A DNA stretch of 55,954 nt, taken from Octopus bimaculoides. Lineage: Eukaryota. Shown in pieces: positions 32,417 to 46,928 of the stretch. The notes under the pieces were generated by a model that searched no databases, was not told the origin of the DNA, and was given only the letters and a program-made list of their open reading frames with translations. The stretch is from the NCBI RefSeq assembly GCF_001194135.2, contig NC_068982.1:129938071-129994024 (forward strand), read 5' to 3'. A program made the translations under genes and the position numbers. Each line of letters begins with the position of its first letter. Position 1 is the stretch's first letter.

Positions 32417-34537
32417 TTAATGTTGAAAGGCAGCAGGGGTCATGGCAGTTAGAGAAAGGCAGAACTATAGAAAGAACGAGAATTGTTGACTTTGGAGAGA
32501 GGAAAAGAAAGCTGTGTTGAAAGAAAGTTTTCCAGAAAGGTGCGATCAGTGTTTTGTTTACTAAGTAAGTATTCTGAGCAAACTAGCCTTTCGTTTTGAC
32601 ACTTTAGAAGTAGGGGCGGCGGTATTCAATATAATTTAACTTTGAGGCAATAAACATTTCGACTAAAGGAAGAAGGTGATACCGGAAAAAAGTGTTATTG
32701 TGCAACAACGAGAAGGAGACAGCGTTAGCAGAAGAAGCAGCAACAAAATAATAGAACGTAGGCAAAAAACAATTAAAACATGATCGAAACAGAAATAGTA
32801 ACAACAACAGCAACAATGAAGGATGAAGTAACAGAGCATCTAAAGCAAGAGTATCTATAACAAAACATGCAACGGCTAATGCAACTGATAATGTATGGTA
32901 AAGGTGTTAGTTGTTAGGATCCATCGCCAGGTTTTGTAAGTGGTTGAACGTTGTCCTTCGCAAATGTTTCGTAACAGAGTCTTTTTTAATCAGAAGAGGA
33001 ATGACGGCACCCGTAGCCCTTTTTAGGAACTTCCGAGACTGGCAGGACGTACCGGAAAAATTTCTTATGCCGCTGAATGCTTGAGGTAGGATAGAGTTCG
33101 CTAATGACAACCCGGGTAATACCACTACCCGCAGTGTTGGTTTAAGTCTACAATGTCTATAAGTCTTTTACCAATAGTAGAGAACCGGCCACCATTGAAT
33201 AATATTTGACTGATTAAAAATTTGTGAGTTCAGAATTTGATTTTTTTTTAAATATGAAGCATAGTTATAAGTGAAAACGAATGAGACAGTAACGTTCATG
33301 CCTTTCTCAAGACAGCGAGCTGCGAGCGAAGTGACTTGGTTTTGATCTTGAATCAAAACAGTCTCGCGCACACGACTTAGTGTTAGAGGTACATAAACTT
33401 AAATATAGTTTCTATTCGTCTCCGAACTCATGAAAGTGAAGATGATCAACTTGTTAGTGTACTGGACAAATAGACAATGATTCAGTGGTTTGTATCCTGT
33501 CACCAGTAATACATTACGTCTATTGCCAACATATTCAGCAGTCAAACAGTGAACTCACTTAGCCCTCGGTATCTACCGCAGTTTTGTGTGGACATGGTAG
33601 CTAAGTTGATAGCTTACAGTATTGTGTTCAGATCCTACCATGGGCCGGAAAAGGCAATGAGAACGCACTCTAGAAAAGTGGGTCTCAGATTGAGAGATCA
33701 CAATACATCTTCAATATTGGTGAAATTTTTTGCTTCATCAATCTCTTTATAACTGAGGAAACAAAATAGATTTTGCATTCATATAATTTTTCTCTTTTAG
33801 CCATGGCAACGGGGGAGTTTAAAAAGTCTAAAACCATTGTAATTTTATTATACATGACAATTTGTTCGTCCTCTTCTCAATTTTCTTAGCCTCGATCCTT
33901 AAGCGGGGATTGCTTCTTCCCTATGAGAAACACTGCTCTGGAATATTGAATCTGGACTGATGAACTAACCACTACTGCATCCTCATCATTGCTCTAACAA
34001 ACTAGGGGTGTCCTGCATTTATTTTAAATGAATTTCTTGGACGCCTTCAGAAATGAAAGAAATAATGATTTTCGAAAAGAACCAAGTCGACAACAACAAC
34101 AATAACAACAAAAACAACAGAAAAACTTCAACAGAAATAACATTCTAAATATCATTATTAATTATAACACGATATTGATAATAGTATTGATATCAATATT
34201 CATGTATGTATAACAAGAGAATAAATAAACTTATTGATATTCTTGGCATTGAATTCTTATATGGCCGAAGGTTCCAACTAACTAATGATTTGTTTATTGC
34301 ATAAACATAATAATTTTTAAAGTTGGGGCGACGTCATAACTATTATGCATTCCGTCGAGCAACTGGGCGATAAATAGTGTGTTCAATACAAATATTGTTT
34401 TCTTAACTAATCCACGTTTATGGCAAAAAGCGTGAATGATACTAAGAGACGAGAGCTTGTTGAGAGAAAAAGTAAACATGGAAGAAAGCAAATGTCTGAG
34501 GAGGTAAGCTACTAGTGTGTATGGAGGGGTGGCATAT

Positions 34538-34578
<41 letters not shown>

Positions 34579-34639
34579 CCTTGAAAGCAATTTATAAATA
34601 TTTTAATGCATCGCTACGCGCATTTCCACAAATCACATG

Positions 34640-35174
<535 letters not shown>

Positions 35175-35436
35175 GTGGAGGCACGTGGCTTAGTGGTTAG
35201 GGTGTCAGCATCATGATCTTAAGATTGTGGTTTCGATTCCTGGACCGGGCGACGCGTTGTATTCTTGAGCAAAACACTTCATTTCACGTTGCTCCAGTCC
35301 ACTCAGCTGGCAAAAATGAGTAACACTGCGATGGACTGGCGTCCCGTCCAGCTGGGGAACGCATACGCCATTGAAACCGAGAAACCGGGGCCATGAGCCT
35401 GGCTAGGCTTTAAAAGGGCGCTTTTATTATTTTTAT
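35175..35436 (+). mobile_element. tRNA-derived SINE with a V-domain-like core, inserted into the NUMT
   Basis: Head GTGGAGGCACGTGGCTTAGTGGTT..GGTTTCGATTCC, core GCGATGGACTGGCGTCCCGTCCAG, (TTTA)-type tail. Flanked by TACATTAAGATCATT (35160-35174) and TACATTATGATCATT (35437-35451). Confidence 0.85.
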
Positions 35437-35577
35437 TACATTATGATCATTAGGATTTATTTTTCTATTTAATACAGGAGAATTAACTGGAATTGCATTA
35501 TCCAACTAATCTTTAACATTATACTTCATGATACTACGTAGTTGTGCATTATCACTACGTTTTATCAATCGAAGCCG
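35437..35577 (+). pseudogene. cox1: NUMT: cox1 fragment, 3' part after the SINE
   Basis: Reads LWSLGFIFLF..G.LTGI.LSN..IMLHDT..YVV.H(Y)HYVLS (35547-35567), the continuation of cox1 through the heme-ligand HFHYVLS region. Confidence 0.88.
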
Positions 35578-35906
35578 CGGAGAAATGAATGCATGAACAT
35601 GATCCACCTGATGCCCATGGATACTACGGACAGCACTGTTACCATTACAGGAATACTGACTGTGGTCTTAAGAAATATGTGATTTGTGGAAACGCGCGCA
35701 GCGATGCATTAGAATATTTATTGATCCCATCTTAGGATTATTATTACTATTACTATATTTATCCTACGTTATATGGGCACAGCTCGGTGCGACCCCAAAA
35801 AACTGGTATCGCCAGTTAGCGTCATTAGGTTACAGACGGCAAAATAGAATAGGAGCTTTTATATGCATATTCAAAACATTTCTCATAAACGAACTTAAAG
35901 GATATC

Positions 35907-35934
<28 letters not shown>

Positions 35935-35937
<3 letters not shown>

Positions 35938-36160
35938 CTTCTTCATATTGCTTTCAAATTTTGGTACAGGGCCAGCAATTTTGGGGAAAGCCTAGTCGAT
36001 TACGTCGACTCCAGTGCTCAACTGGTACTTATCTTATCGACCCCAAAAGGAAAAACGGTAAAGTCGACCTCGGCAGAATTTGAACTCAGAATGTAAAGTC
36101 AGACGAAATGCCGCCAAGCATTTTGCTCAGCGTGTTAACGATTCTGCCTGCTCGCTGCCT
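35935..36160 (-). mobile_element. SINE family 2, inverted copy
   Basis: Reverse complement of the family core (AAAGTCGACCTCGGCAGAATTTGAACTCAGAA). Confidence 0.75.
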
Positions 36161-38129
36161 TATATAATATCCTTCAAATGGACATCAGTTTATGACACTC
36201 TTTTAATACTAGTCAATCTACATAGAAGGAACCTTGATGACAATGTTAAATGAATATAGTATTGAGATTGAGATACCCAAGAATACAAGAATAAGCTTGT
36301 ATTCTTATTCTGTCAAAATAAAGAGATATATATCTCTATTCGTGAAGACATGACAAAGTTCTCAGAGACCTTGCAATCACAAATGCTGAGCAGTTAATCA
36401 GAAACCAATGCTTATTAAATTACTAGATTTTTGTAGAAGCGATTGAGATCAAAAAGACAATCAATAAGAATGATAAAATAGTATACTAAGTTAGTGAAGG
36501 GAACAGGTCTTAGCAGCTGACCTTGACAGTCAACTTTTGAGTATCACAATTATCGAATTTTTCGTTGAGGGAACGGGAGATGTGTAGAAGTTTATGTCAG
36601 GAGCTGAGCCAAATATAAGAAATGTAGACAGAAGTATGGCAGCCAAGGAACTTCATTAAACAAGTCGGATACAGAGTTTTCTTGTACAGTTTCTAAGGCG
36701 TTAATGGGGTAGTCAAGTGGGGAAAAAATAATCGGTGATCATAGACGTCATTATATAAAACTAAATAAACATTCTGTTGTATTGTGAATTAAGAAAGATA
36801 GTTGTAGTTATAGACACATCAGCAACACACCATGGTTAATCAACATTGTTGATGTTATATTGAAGAATATACCGAAATTGTAGTTGAAAACTTGGGGACG
36901 GTTAGGCACAAATGAGAACAATGTTTGTGTTACAGTTTTGAGAACGGGGAGTTTGACTAGGTGAGCACATTTTATGACAACACATTCCATTGTTGTATAG
37001 CCTGAAACTGCAGAGCAATTTAAAGCTATAAGTTGCGAGCAAGTAAAATGTCAACACATTTTTGAGAAGTAGACGGTAAATACAATTTGAGAAATAAATA
37101 GGTAGACGGCAAACTGATGATAATTAGAACTACTTATAGTTTTTAATTCACTTTCGAGTAACTCTTATTCCTTCCAAATTTGGATTATGTATTGAATACT
37201 ATTTAACTAACCTAATAGTTGCTGCTGCTGAAGCAAAACAACTAAATAGATAAAGCAATGTATTTTCAATTTATAGATCGTACATAAAAGAAAACATGAA
37301 TGAAATACTCGTGGTGATAGAGGAGGTAGTGGAAGCCTTTGTATTGTGAACTTAACGTAGGATAGACAGGGCATTGACCATAATACTACTTATGATTAGA
37401 ACCAACGTTTATTCTTGATGCAAGATCAACAAGACAAATGGGTACAATGGTATGAGGCATTTGAATTCAACCCTTTTAGTACTATATTTCTATTAAAATA
37501 TATTACCTTTGTCTCTATTCATTCTGAAAATAAAAAAATTAGTAAAATAACTTCACCACCTTAGATGTGTACGATCATGTAAGTGAACAAGATAGAGGTT
37601 CTGTTGACATACAAGCAGGATTTAAAGTGGGAACTTGTTAGGTGTATATCTTCGATTGTGGTGTGAGATCTGGTATGCAATGCTGGCTAGGTAATAATGA
37701 TTCAGTTTCATGTTATTGTGCTCGGGGTGTTTGTGGTTGTTTTTGGTTGGCGAATGATTTCTTTATAGATACAGTTAGGTTGGTGGCATAACGATGTTAC
37801 ATATACGTTGTGGAGTGGGTTGATTCAAATCATTTTTATCTTCTTAGTCATAATATGTGTGGAAACTGTTCCTTGTACATTAGTTTTCTACGAAAGTCAT
37901 TTCTTTATAGTGTCTCGTTATGATAAGAGCGGTTTGGTTGGGCACGTCTCTCTCAAAGGATAGATGAGAAATACTGTGATATGTGCCAGTTACGAAGTTT
38001 ATAATTGTAGTCGCTAAGTGTTTGGAGTTCTTGCGGAAGCATTTAGAACTGATGTTTGCCTGTAATCAAATCCAGCATCCAAAATGTTGACTATTCTTGA
38101 ATAGGTGTAAGTTGAGATACTTCATTACT

Positions 38130-38520
38130 TAAAATTTTCAAAATTTTCAGAAGATCTATTCCGTCTCCTGACAAGATAAAATTACCCTCACAGAAATCCT
38201 CTGTCGAACCAACACGAACAGCATCGAATCCACGCTGTATAGACACCAAAGGAAATGGATCTGTACGTAGTGCACAAATCTGATTCACATCACACCTATA
38301 AGATCCCCTACGGCCTACAACACCACGGTCGTTGCTTGGTTGGAATTTCAAAGATCAGCTGAAGACCATTTTGGCGAGTAACATCAAACCTTCAAAAGTG
38401 GAAGGCATCGATACTAACTGCTCTCGTTGGGTTTCTGACTGTTGGAAGCGGATAGAAGTTATGGGGGAGAAACACACTCAAGCACTACCAAGAAAATCCA
38501 GTAACGAGCGATTTTCGCAG
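38130..38520 (+). mobile_element. Decayed RTE-clade LINE fragment (post-RT region of ORF2)
   Basis: The frame from 38172 reads QDKITLTEILCRTNTNSIESTLYRHQRKWI, and after a frameshift FKDQLKTILASNIKPSKVEGIDTNCSRW. This resembles the RTE pattern WQDKITNxEVL..SIE..QLRWxGH..RFKDxLK..W. Stops and frameshifts are present. Confidence 0.6.
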
Positions 38521-39016
38521 ATTTTCACCCAATCTCTCCATTTACATATTTCAGTTGCACGAAGATGCATATTGAGTGTTCAGATATACATTCACCAAAG
38601 ACCAGCAACGGTCATCCAACAGTTGGGAAAGTGAGAACTTGTTTTTGTTTAGCCATCTCTTTAGGAGAACGAACACTTTAATGTAACACCTGCGATCAAG
38701 TTTGCATGCAATGATGATTACTTCTTTCTTTAAGGCAAATGTATGCATCGATTAGAGAATGGCATTGACCCTGTGTAAAGCGTTTCCCCACTCTAAAAAC
38801 TTCCAGGCACTTATTTAATATTTCTTTTATGTGTTGCATACTATGGCTGGTAAAACTTTCAGTGAAAAATTCCACGATGTAAATTTGTAACTTGGATATA
38901 GAAGATGGAGGTTTCGAAGCAGTTGTCGATAGTTACTCTTTTTCTTTTTAATTTTTAAGGAGATATTCAGATCAGCTAGACAGCTGACCTCTTTGACGGT
39001 ATATACTTTTTCTTGT

Positions 39017-39187
39017 ATGTATGTATGTATGTATGTATGTATGTATGTATGTATGTATGTATGTATGCATGTTTGTGTGTATGTGTGTATGTATGCAAGG
39101 ATTCAGGCATGTATGTATGTATGCATGTATGTATGTATGTATGTATGTATGTATGTATGTATGTATGTATGTATGTATGTATGTATG
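39017..39187. repeat. (TATG)n tetranucleotide microsatellite
   Basis: Read directly. It explains the MYVC ORFs. Confidence 0.95.
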
Positions 39188-40529
39188 TTCAGTATAAACA
39201 CAATGGTCAAGGTTTGAATGCGTTTGTATGTATCTGTAATGACAAGAGTCTTCCCCTTTTTAAGATGTTACAGTGCGGCTTGACGTAAATTTCAATGGTA
39301 GCCAATCGAGTGGCTATGTAGGAATTCCTCTTTTGGCTCACACATATTTATAAATTTCTGTTAACCAAAAATATATGGTTTGAAAAATAGCTAAGATTTA
39401 TGAATATAATATACTTTCTTGATTAATTCTAAGTGCACACTAAGAATATCATTAAATAAAACGACTAACATATATAATTCTTTCTAATTTTGGTTCAAGC
39501 GAAGGGGCACGCCGATTACATCGATCTCGATCCTTAACTGGTATTTTCTTTTATCGAACCAACATTTTATCCGACGCATCAACAATACTGTTAATTAAAT
39601 TTATACTTAAGGAGTCTACCTTGCAAGGGAAATAATTCTGTAAACATGTTAGGAGTTACTTACCCTGTATTGCCTTCTTTAAAACACTGCAGCTAAATTT
39701 TCCTATTAAATTAAGATAAGCACGGTCAGCTGGTATTATTTATTTATTTATTTATTCATTCATTCATTTATTTATTCGAGCTGTCAGAGTTCGAGCAGCC
39801 AGAGTGAAGCTGGTAAGCTATGACAGAATGAGAATGGCATATAACACCCCTTACATATGTATAAGAAACACAAAAAAGAAAGAAAATTTAAGAAAAAAAT
39901 GCGGAAGTAAAAATGAGTACAGATGAAGAACGGTTAAATGTTTTTATTGTTAAACTGTTTTTGTAATCTTCACAGGGTGGAAGATCTTAGCTATGTTTAA
40001 GAAAGGAAATAATCACAATCATATCTTTTATGATTTCTTTCAAGCAAATAATATATCCTTAGTAAAATAGGTCAGCTTAATACATTACAGACATCTTCCC
40101 ATATATTCAGTAGAGATTTCTATCATTAATCTAAAGGCCATACATTTTGGAGAAGAAGATCGAGTAAATTCGACCCAATATTTGATTTGGTATTTATTTT
40201 ATAGACTTCGGGTGGAGCTTTACATCAGGAGAGTTCAAACACACAAAATGTTGTGCTTGAAACCTTGATTGAACTGTATTTGATCATTTTAGTCAGACCG
40301 TTTGAATTATTTCGTACATATTAGAAGTGTAGTTTATGAAACATGTTAAAATGATAACGTTTGAAAGTCAACTTCACAAACCGAGTTGCTTAACAATTTT
40401 TGAATGTCTAATGTCTAGCAAAATATTTTACTTTGTGATCGGAAATTTAATTTTTGCGTCAAAATATCAATTACAAGAATATTTCCTTTTTTGACAAAAT
40501 TAAAAGTATTATTGTGATAACTTAGTAAA

Positions 40530-40998
40530 ATCAACGGAACAGCCTGCTCGTGAAATTAACGTGCAAGTGGCTGAGCGCTCCGCAGACACAGGGAGATTCA
40601 GCGTGACAGAGTGTCACAAGGCTGGCTCTTTGAAATACAGGTACAACAGAAACAGGAAGCAAGAGTGAGAGAAAGAGTACAGGAGGGGTCGATAAATAAA
40701 GTACCAGTTACGCACTGTGGTAGATGCAATCGACTTAATCCCTTTGTCTGTCCTTGTTTGTCTCCTCTATGCTTAGCCCCTTGTGGGCAATAAAGAAGTA
40801 AGAAACGTTAGCACGTCGGGCGAAAATGATTAGCAGTATTTCGTCTGTCTTTACGTTCTGAGTTCAAATTCCGCCGAGGTCGACTTTGCCTTTCATCCTT
40901 TCGGAGTCGATAAATTAAGTACCAGTTGCGTACTGGGGTAGATATAATCGACTGGCCCCCTCCCACAAAATTTCGGGCCTTGTACCTAGAGTAGAAAA
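40530..40998. mobile_element. Composite of a family 3 SINE tail fragment and family 2 SINE pieces
   Basis: 40530-40680 matches the family 3 tail with deletions. 40685-40795 is a family 2 3' part. 40800-40998 is a further family 2 copy on the + strand. Confidence 0.65.
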
Positions 40999-41146
40999 GG
41001 TTATATGTAAAATATGGACTGATGGACGTCTGCGTTTACAAAGAAGTACTCAATACAAAATGTAGAGTGTATGTATTTTATTAGCTGAAGATTCTTGAAT
41101 CTTAAACACGAGTTTTACACAAGCATGCACGCACGCATACACACGC

Positions 41147-41195
<49 letters not shown>

Positions 41196-41490
41196 GATAC
41201 ACACATGCACGCACGCACCAGCGCATACATACACACGAATATACACACACACCACACACACACACACACACACATTCTTATATTTATTTTTATCTATGCC
41301 GAGATATAAAGACATATAAGTGCTCAGTTCAATCTTGTGTTAGATTTGTGTAGATTGATTCATATGTTATTATATTCCACAGATTTGTACAGTTTACCAA
41401 AAAGCTGAGTGGACGAAATCGTGGTTCGGAAATGTAAAGTTCGGTTTACCTTACGCATGAATAAACGCAAGGCTCTCTCTCCCTCTCCCC

Positions 41491-41526
<36 letters not shown>

Positions 41527-41607
41527 TAAGCACACACACACACAAACACATACACGCATACACTCACACACAAATGCATACATACTTTCATACATGAAGC
41601 ATACATA

Positions 41608-41666
<59 letters not shown>

Positions 41667-42213
41667 CAGAATGTGTGAATGTGTGTATAAATGCGTGGTG
41701 TGTTATTGCTAGAAACTCTTAAAAAGTCAAATTTCAACATTTGATATGATTAAACACCGAGATTATGTATTTATTTACTTGTCCAGTCGGCTTAGTTTCA
41801 TAGTATAGACTTCTTCATATTTCTGTTTTGATCAAATCATTGTTTATCTGCATGGATTGTGTGTCATTCTGGCAAACGAAACTCTGCACCTTGTGCGACC
41901 CCTGACTCTTGTCGGTCTTGTTTTCTGCACTGCTCAGCTCGTGCCACCTTTTTGACCTCCGACAATTATGACGTAAAGCAAATTTCTCAATGATCCAGCA
42001 GTTTCGTTATATATATATATACACGTACTTCAAAGAAGTCGAGGGACCCCGCTAAGCACAGAGCATAATATCTAAAGCCCATGCAGTAGAATAATGTCTT
42101 CAAGTAAGTCAGTATGAGAAGTACATGAAAATCTATGCTATAGTAATACAATAGTATTACAAAAGCCTTAGAGAACCTTTAGTAAATGAAAAGTGGTACA
42201 TCAAGGTAAGATG

Positions 42214-42894
42214 AAAGACGCTAAACTGGCTTAGCAGGAGCGATATATATGCATACATCAGGCAAAATGCTTAGCAGCATTCCTTCGTCTTTACGTTCTG
42301 AGTTCAAATTGCCTTTCATCCTTTCGGGGTTGATAAAGTAGGTACCAGTTGAGTACTAGCGTCGATGTCCTCAACTAGTTCCCTCCCCCAAATAGTAGAA
42401 ACGATAATTACATTGCTTGTAAGACGGTGAGCTAGCAGAATCGTAAGAGCGTTGGACAAAATATTCAGAAGGTATTTCTTTTGGGTCTTTGCGTACTGAT
42501 CTCAAATCCCGCCGGGGTCAACTTTGCCTTTCGTCCTTTCGGGGTCGATAAAATAACGCACCAGTCAAGTACTGGGCTCGATGTAATTAACTTGTCCCCT
42601 CTACACAAAAATGTTGGCATCGTGCTAAAGTCTGAAATAGCTATCATTATATTATTTAGTAAGATGACGAGCTGGTAGAATCGTTAACGTGCCAGACAAA
42701 ATGCTTAGCGGAATTTCTTTCGGCTCTTACGTTCTGTGTTCAAATGCTGCCGGGGTAAATTTTGCATTTCTTCTTTTCGGAGTTGATAAAATAAAGTACC
42801 AGTCAAGTATTAGAGTCGAGGTAATAAACTAATTCTCTTCCCTTAAAATTGCTGGCCTTGTGGCAAAATTTAAAACGATTATTACATTGCTTGT
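42214..42894 (+). mobile_element. Three head-to-tail family 2 SINE copies
   Basis: Copies at about 42214-42400, 42421-42640 and 42661-42872. A 22-bp direct repeat flanks copies 2 and 3 together. Confidence 0.75.
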
Positions 42895-42967
42895 TAGTGT
42901 TCACTTATGAGAAGGTAATTAGGAGCTCTCACTGGGTAAAAATCATGCTTTTCTCAACATGTATTAA

Positions 42968-43170
42968 TGGTGCGCGCAGCCAAGAGGTGAGGGTGTAGAG
43001 TATTGGGCTCACAATCGTAAAGGCGTGCGTTCGGTTTCGGGACCGGTCGGTGTGTTTTGTCCTTGAGAAGGGCACTTCGTTTTACGCTGTTCCAACCTAT
43101 TCAGTTGGTATTTGTACCAGAAATTGCTGAGATCTAACCTTGAGGAGTACCGGCATCCCATTCAGGAAAA
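42968..43170 (+). mobile_element. Diverged tRNA-derived SINE related to the 35175 copy
   Basis: GGTGCGCGCAGCCAAGAGG..GTTCGGTTTCGGGACCGG..GTCCTTGAGAAGGGCACTT..GAGTACCGGCATCCCATTCAGG. Confidence 0.5.
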
Positions 43171-46100
43171 ACTTATGTATTCTGAGATGTTTATATGCCT
43201 CAGAAACCAGGTGAAGTCCCAGATTACCGAGCTTGTAGGATCTAAACAGAAAGAAAAATATTGATGCTAGTCAAATGAAAGGGTTTTAATTGAATTGAAA
43301 TAGAATCTTTAATTTGGTTAAATTAGAGGTTACGGTTTGGTCTGTGATACTATACACTTTCATATTCAACGTCTTCAGGCATAAAACCACAAATTAAATG
43401 GTTGTTGCATTTGCTGTAGCAGTTGTGTCTGTTGTTTAGCCAGATCATCTCTGGCGGAGCAAACCTATGATCAAAGAAGTGAAGCTAGAATTAGATTTAC
43501 AAATTCGAACTCACTTACAATTCGAACTCATTTACAAATTCGAATTCTAAATTACGGCCGTGATTAGTATTTGAAACTATATGTTTCTCAGTAAAGGCAT
43601 ACTGATTTAAGGCTGGACCTGCATATAACCATATCATCTTCCCCTCAAGTTCTTACCTAGTAAACGATATTGTACCACACCCAATACTTGTTTGTAGTTG
43701 ATGATACTTGAAGAAAGAATTAGTTTATACGCAGAAGTGTTGAATAGTTGTTCTACTTGTTTTTATTTGAACCTCAGGCTATTTGATAGTCTTGTATTCG
43801 GCAAGTAACACTCATGAAATGTACTCAGTAGACTTATAAACGCGTAGACATGCATGTTTAGATGAAATGAAGCTGTAATGAAACTTGAAAAAGATAGACC
43901 AAAGACTATCTAACTCGGAGATTTCGAAGCCAATGCTTGAAATCGTAATTTAAAGAGTATCTCACCTCAGTGATTCATTGAATTCACTAAATCATAATTA
44001 ATGAAATAATTATAAAACATAATTTTAAAAAATCTCCAAGATCTATCTATACCGTATAACGCTACAAAACCAAAATATTTTTACAACATTGGTGGAACAT
44101 CATAATTCGAAATGATTTGTTTTGTATTGTACAATTCCAAAATTTGATATGATAAATCACTGAGATTATTCATTCATATATTTACATAATCAATTACCAC
44201 TGAATATTTGTTCAAATAATTAAACGCTTCTTTTGCAACACCACTCTTACTCAAAACTCGCTATGTATAAAGGTAAAAAAAGTTTTGGTACACAATCTAT
44301 TCTATCAATTTCGTTCGTGTTCTCTAATTTCCAAATATGGAATTTTCATTAACTTTTCTCGTCTTAGATTGTATATCGACTGTCACCGATTTTTATACCT
44401 TCTTACCAAGTTCTATGAGTTAAAATAGAACTCAATAGGTCTGAACCTCTATCAAAATAGGGATAGTTTTACTTCTCCAGTTATCAATTTGTATTGGTCA
44501 ATGACCATTACTGTTACCACCGATTTCTTTTCAGCCAGATTGCCATTTGTCTTTAAGTTTCTTTATCTTTTTATTGTCGCAAGAAGTTGGGCTGGAAGTA
44601 TCTCCTGGATCTTCTTATTCATTCTCAGAGGTCGGAGACCTTTCTAAATATCAGTTCTACACCTCAGTGATGCTCTGGTAGCAACACAAAATTTTTATGC
44701 TTTCGTATCATCTATACCTTAGAGAACTGCTGTTGTTGCTTCTATTGCTGTTTTTGACTCAATAAACTTACGACCAAACGCGTTCCAGCCGTAACCATCC
44801 TGCAATTTGGTATATCAGGGACTAAATTATCGATTGTGCAATTCCATTTTTGAAGACGTTGTTATTTGAGGCACATTTAGGTGGTATTTCTAGCTGGCTG
44901 AGCGTTTGCATGAAAGCGCCCACGTCGGCTCGCCTAACATTAAGTTATCTTTGTGAATTAATATTTCCGTAACGACTAGACGCAAGTTTCGTACCATTCA
45001 TTACCTAGTCACTCTGGTATAATGTACGAATTGTTATTATCAATTTTAAATCAATAAGTTTGTAAATTTTCTGTTTTCGCATGTCACCCTTATTGAGTAT
45101 AGAAACACACATCGTTTATGCAACTGTTTACTAATTATTCATCAGATACTGATGCTTGATGTATTTTTGTATCTGATGCTTAATTATTTAAATCTACTCT
45201 ATGTGTAGTCTCTTTGTTTACGTAAATATTGTAATCTGTAATGATATAAATGAAATAGTTCAAATAAACATTTTAAGGACTACAAAGAAAGCGAAGAAAA
45301 TTTACTGATGTACTCGAGATAAAATAAACATTCAAATTTAGATTTTTGGAATAAAATCTTTTTACAAATATATATCAAAAAGGCAAAGAAGTAATTTGAT
45401 GTTCCGTTTGTTGACGATTCATACAATTAACAAAAGTAAAGATATCAGAAAGGAAGCTACATTGATTTTAATTCGAGATAAATTATGAATGATTAATTGT
45501 CTACACCTTGGTAATCAACTTAATCTAAATATTTGGTTCGTGCTTTCGTTTCTCTCGCTATTATCATTGTATAAAATTGTGGTTCCTGTGGTTGTCTGGT
45601 CCTTTGTCAGCACTGACTCAGTAGTTCTATAACTAAAAAGGGTTCAGTTATGAATATCCTATCTTTTATTCAGATTATGTGCACCCGTACAAACATTTCT
45701 CTTAAAAGATGTAACGTGCTTCGTCGCTTGATAGCCTGAAAAGCATTCTCTCACAACATTCTATTGAGGACAGTGGTCATTTAATCGTATCAGTGTTGCT
45801 ACTAGTTACCAGAGCGGTTGTCGTCAGAATTACACCATTTCAAAGTGATCCTTAAAACTGACACCTTTCTCACAATAAGCATCACTTGTCCGTTCCACAT
45901 ATTAAGCCGAAAGTCTAACGGCACTTGCCTTTCATATTAAACGTAGCAACCAGCTCACGAAACGTTTCTCCGAAGAATAACAGTTAGGATATATAAGCTC
46001 CTCGGTTTAAAGATATGTCAATTAATATTCTTTTTACAATCTTTGACTATCGTATCGTTAAATATTCCATAATCATGCTACAATTTCTGTTGTATCAGCG

Positions 46101-46182
46101 TAACAGTTCTACTTGTTTATGACTATTGTATTATGTGTAACTGTAAAGAAGCCTAAACCGATGAATGTCTATTATATTTTTA

Positions 46183-46223
<41 letters not shown>

Positions 46224-46841
46224 AAAAATGCACAAACACACGTACTAAGAATAGCTATCGTTCATACATTTTCTCAATGCGTGCACATTCACACCAACAC
46301 ACATTATACGCACACAAACACAAACACAGTTATTAACATGGATTAACTACAGAAACAGTAAGGAAAAAAAAACAAAACAAAAGAAAGAAGGAAACACAAA
46401 GAAAGATATACAACGAAATGAAAAAGAAAAGAAAAGTGAAGGAAGTAATTCCCAGTTAGATTAGGGTAGGGACAGAAGAGAGGAAAAAAAAACTGAAGTA
46501 ACGAAAGAAAAGTAGAAAATGTTATCAGAGAAATAAAGGAACAAAAGTGAGACTTAAATGCCAAGACTAGCAGAAGATGACGTTTTTTAGCGTTTGACTG
46601 GACATCGTTGATGCTCGGAAATAAGTTGCAGACTGATTGGCCCACGGTGTCAGATAATGACACTATTAAATATTAGTCTGTTAGACTTAACCTGGTTGTT
46701 CTACATATTTTTTTGTGTACTATACAGTTTTCTCAATTATTCGTCCCTTTTACTGTCTTTGATTTCATCTCTCTGCCCACCTCATCTTCTCCATTCTCTG
46801 TCTGTCTGCCTATGTAAGTGTGTATGTATGTATGTATGTAC

Positions 46842-46927
<86 letters not shown>
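46842..46927. repeat. (TCTA)n(TCTG)n compound microsatellite abutting the LINE fragment
   Basis: Read directly. Confidence 0.95.

Positions 46928-46928
<1 letters not shown>

Noticed and set aside
33801-33889. Plus-strand acceptor and ATG giving MATGEFKKSKTIVILLYMTICSSSSQFS*, suggestive of a third signal-peptide exon
   Set aside because: It ends in a stop with no good phase-1 donor, and I found no downstream Cys-pattern exons, so a third Ly6 gene is not supported.
41850-41990. Cys-containing frames (CMDC.. on +, NKT..FVC on -) hinting at an LU exon or piggyBac C-terminal domain
   Set aside because: No splice sites, an early stop on +, and too few conserved Cys on - to call.
43655-43760. Minus-strand donor with a short open frame upstream
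   Set aside because: The acceptor lacks a pyrimidine tract and the peptide is unrecognisable.
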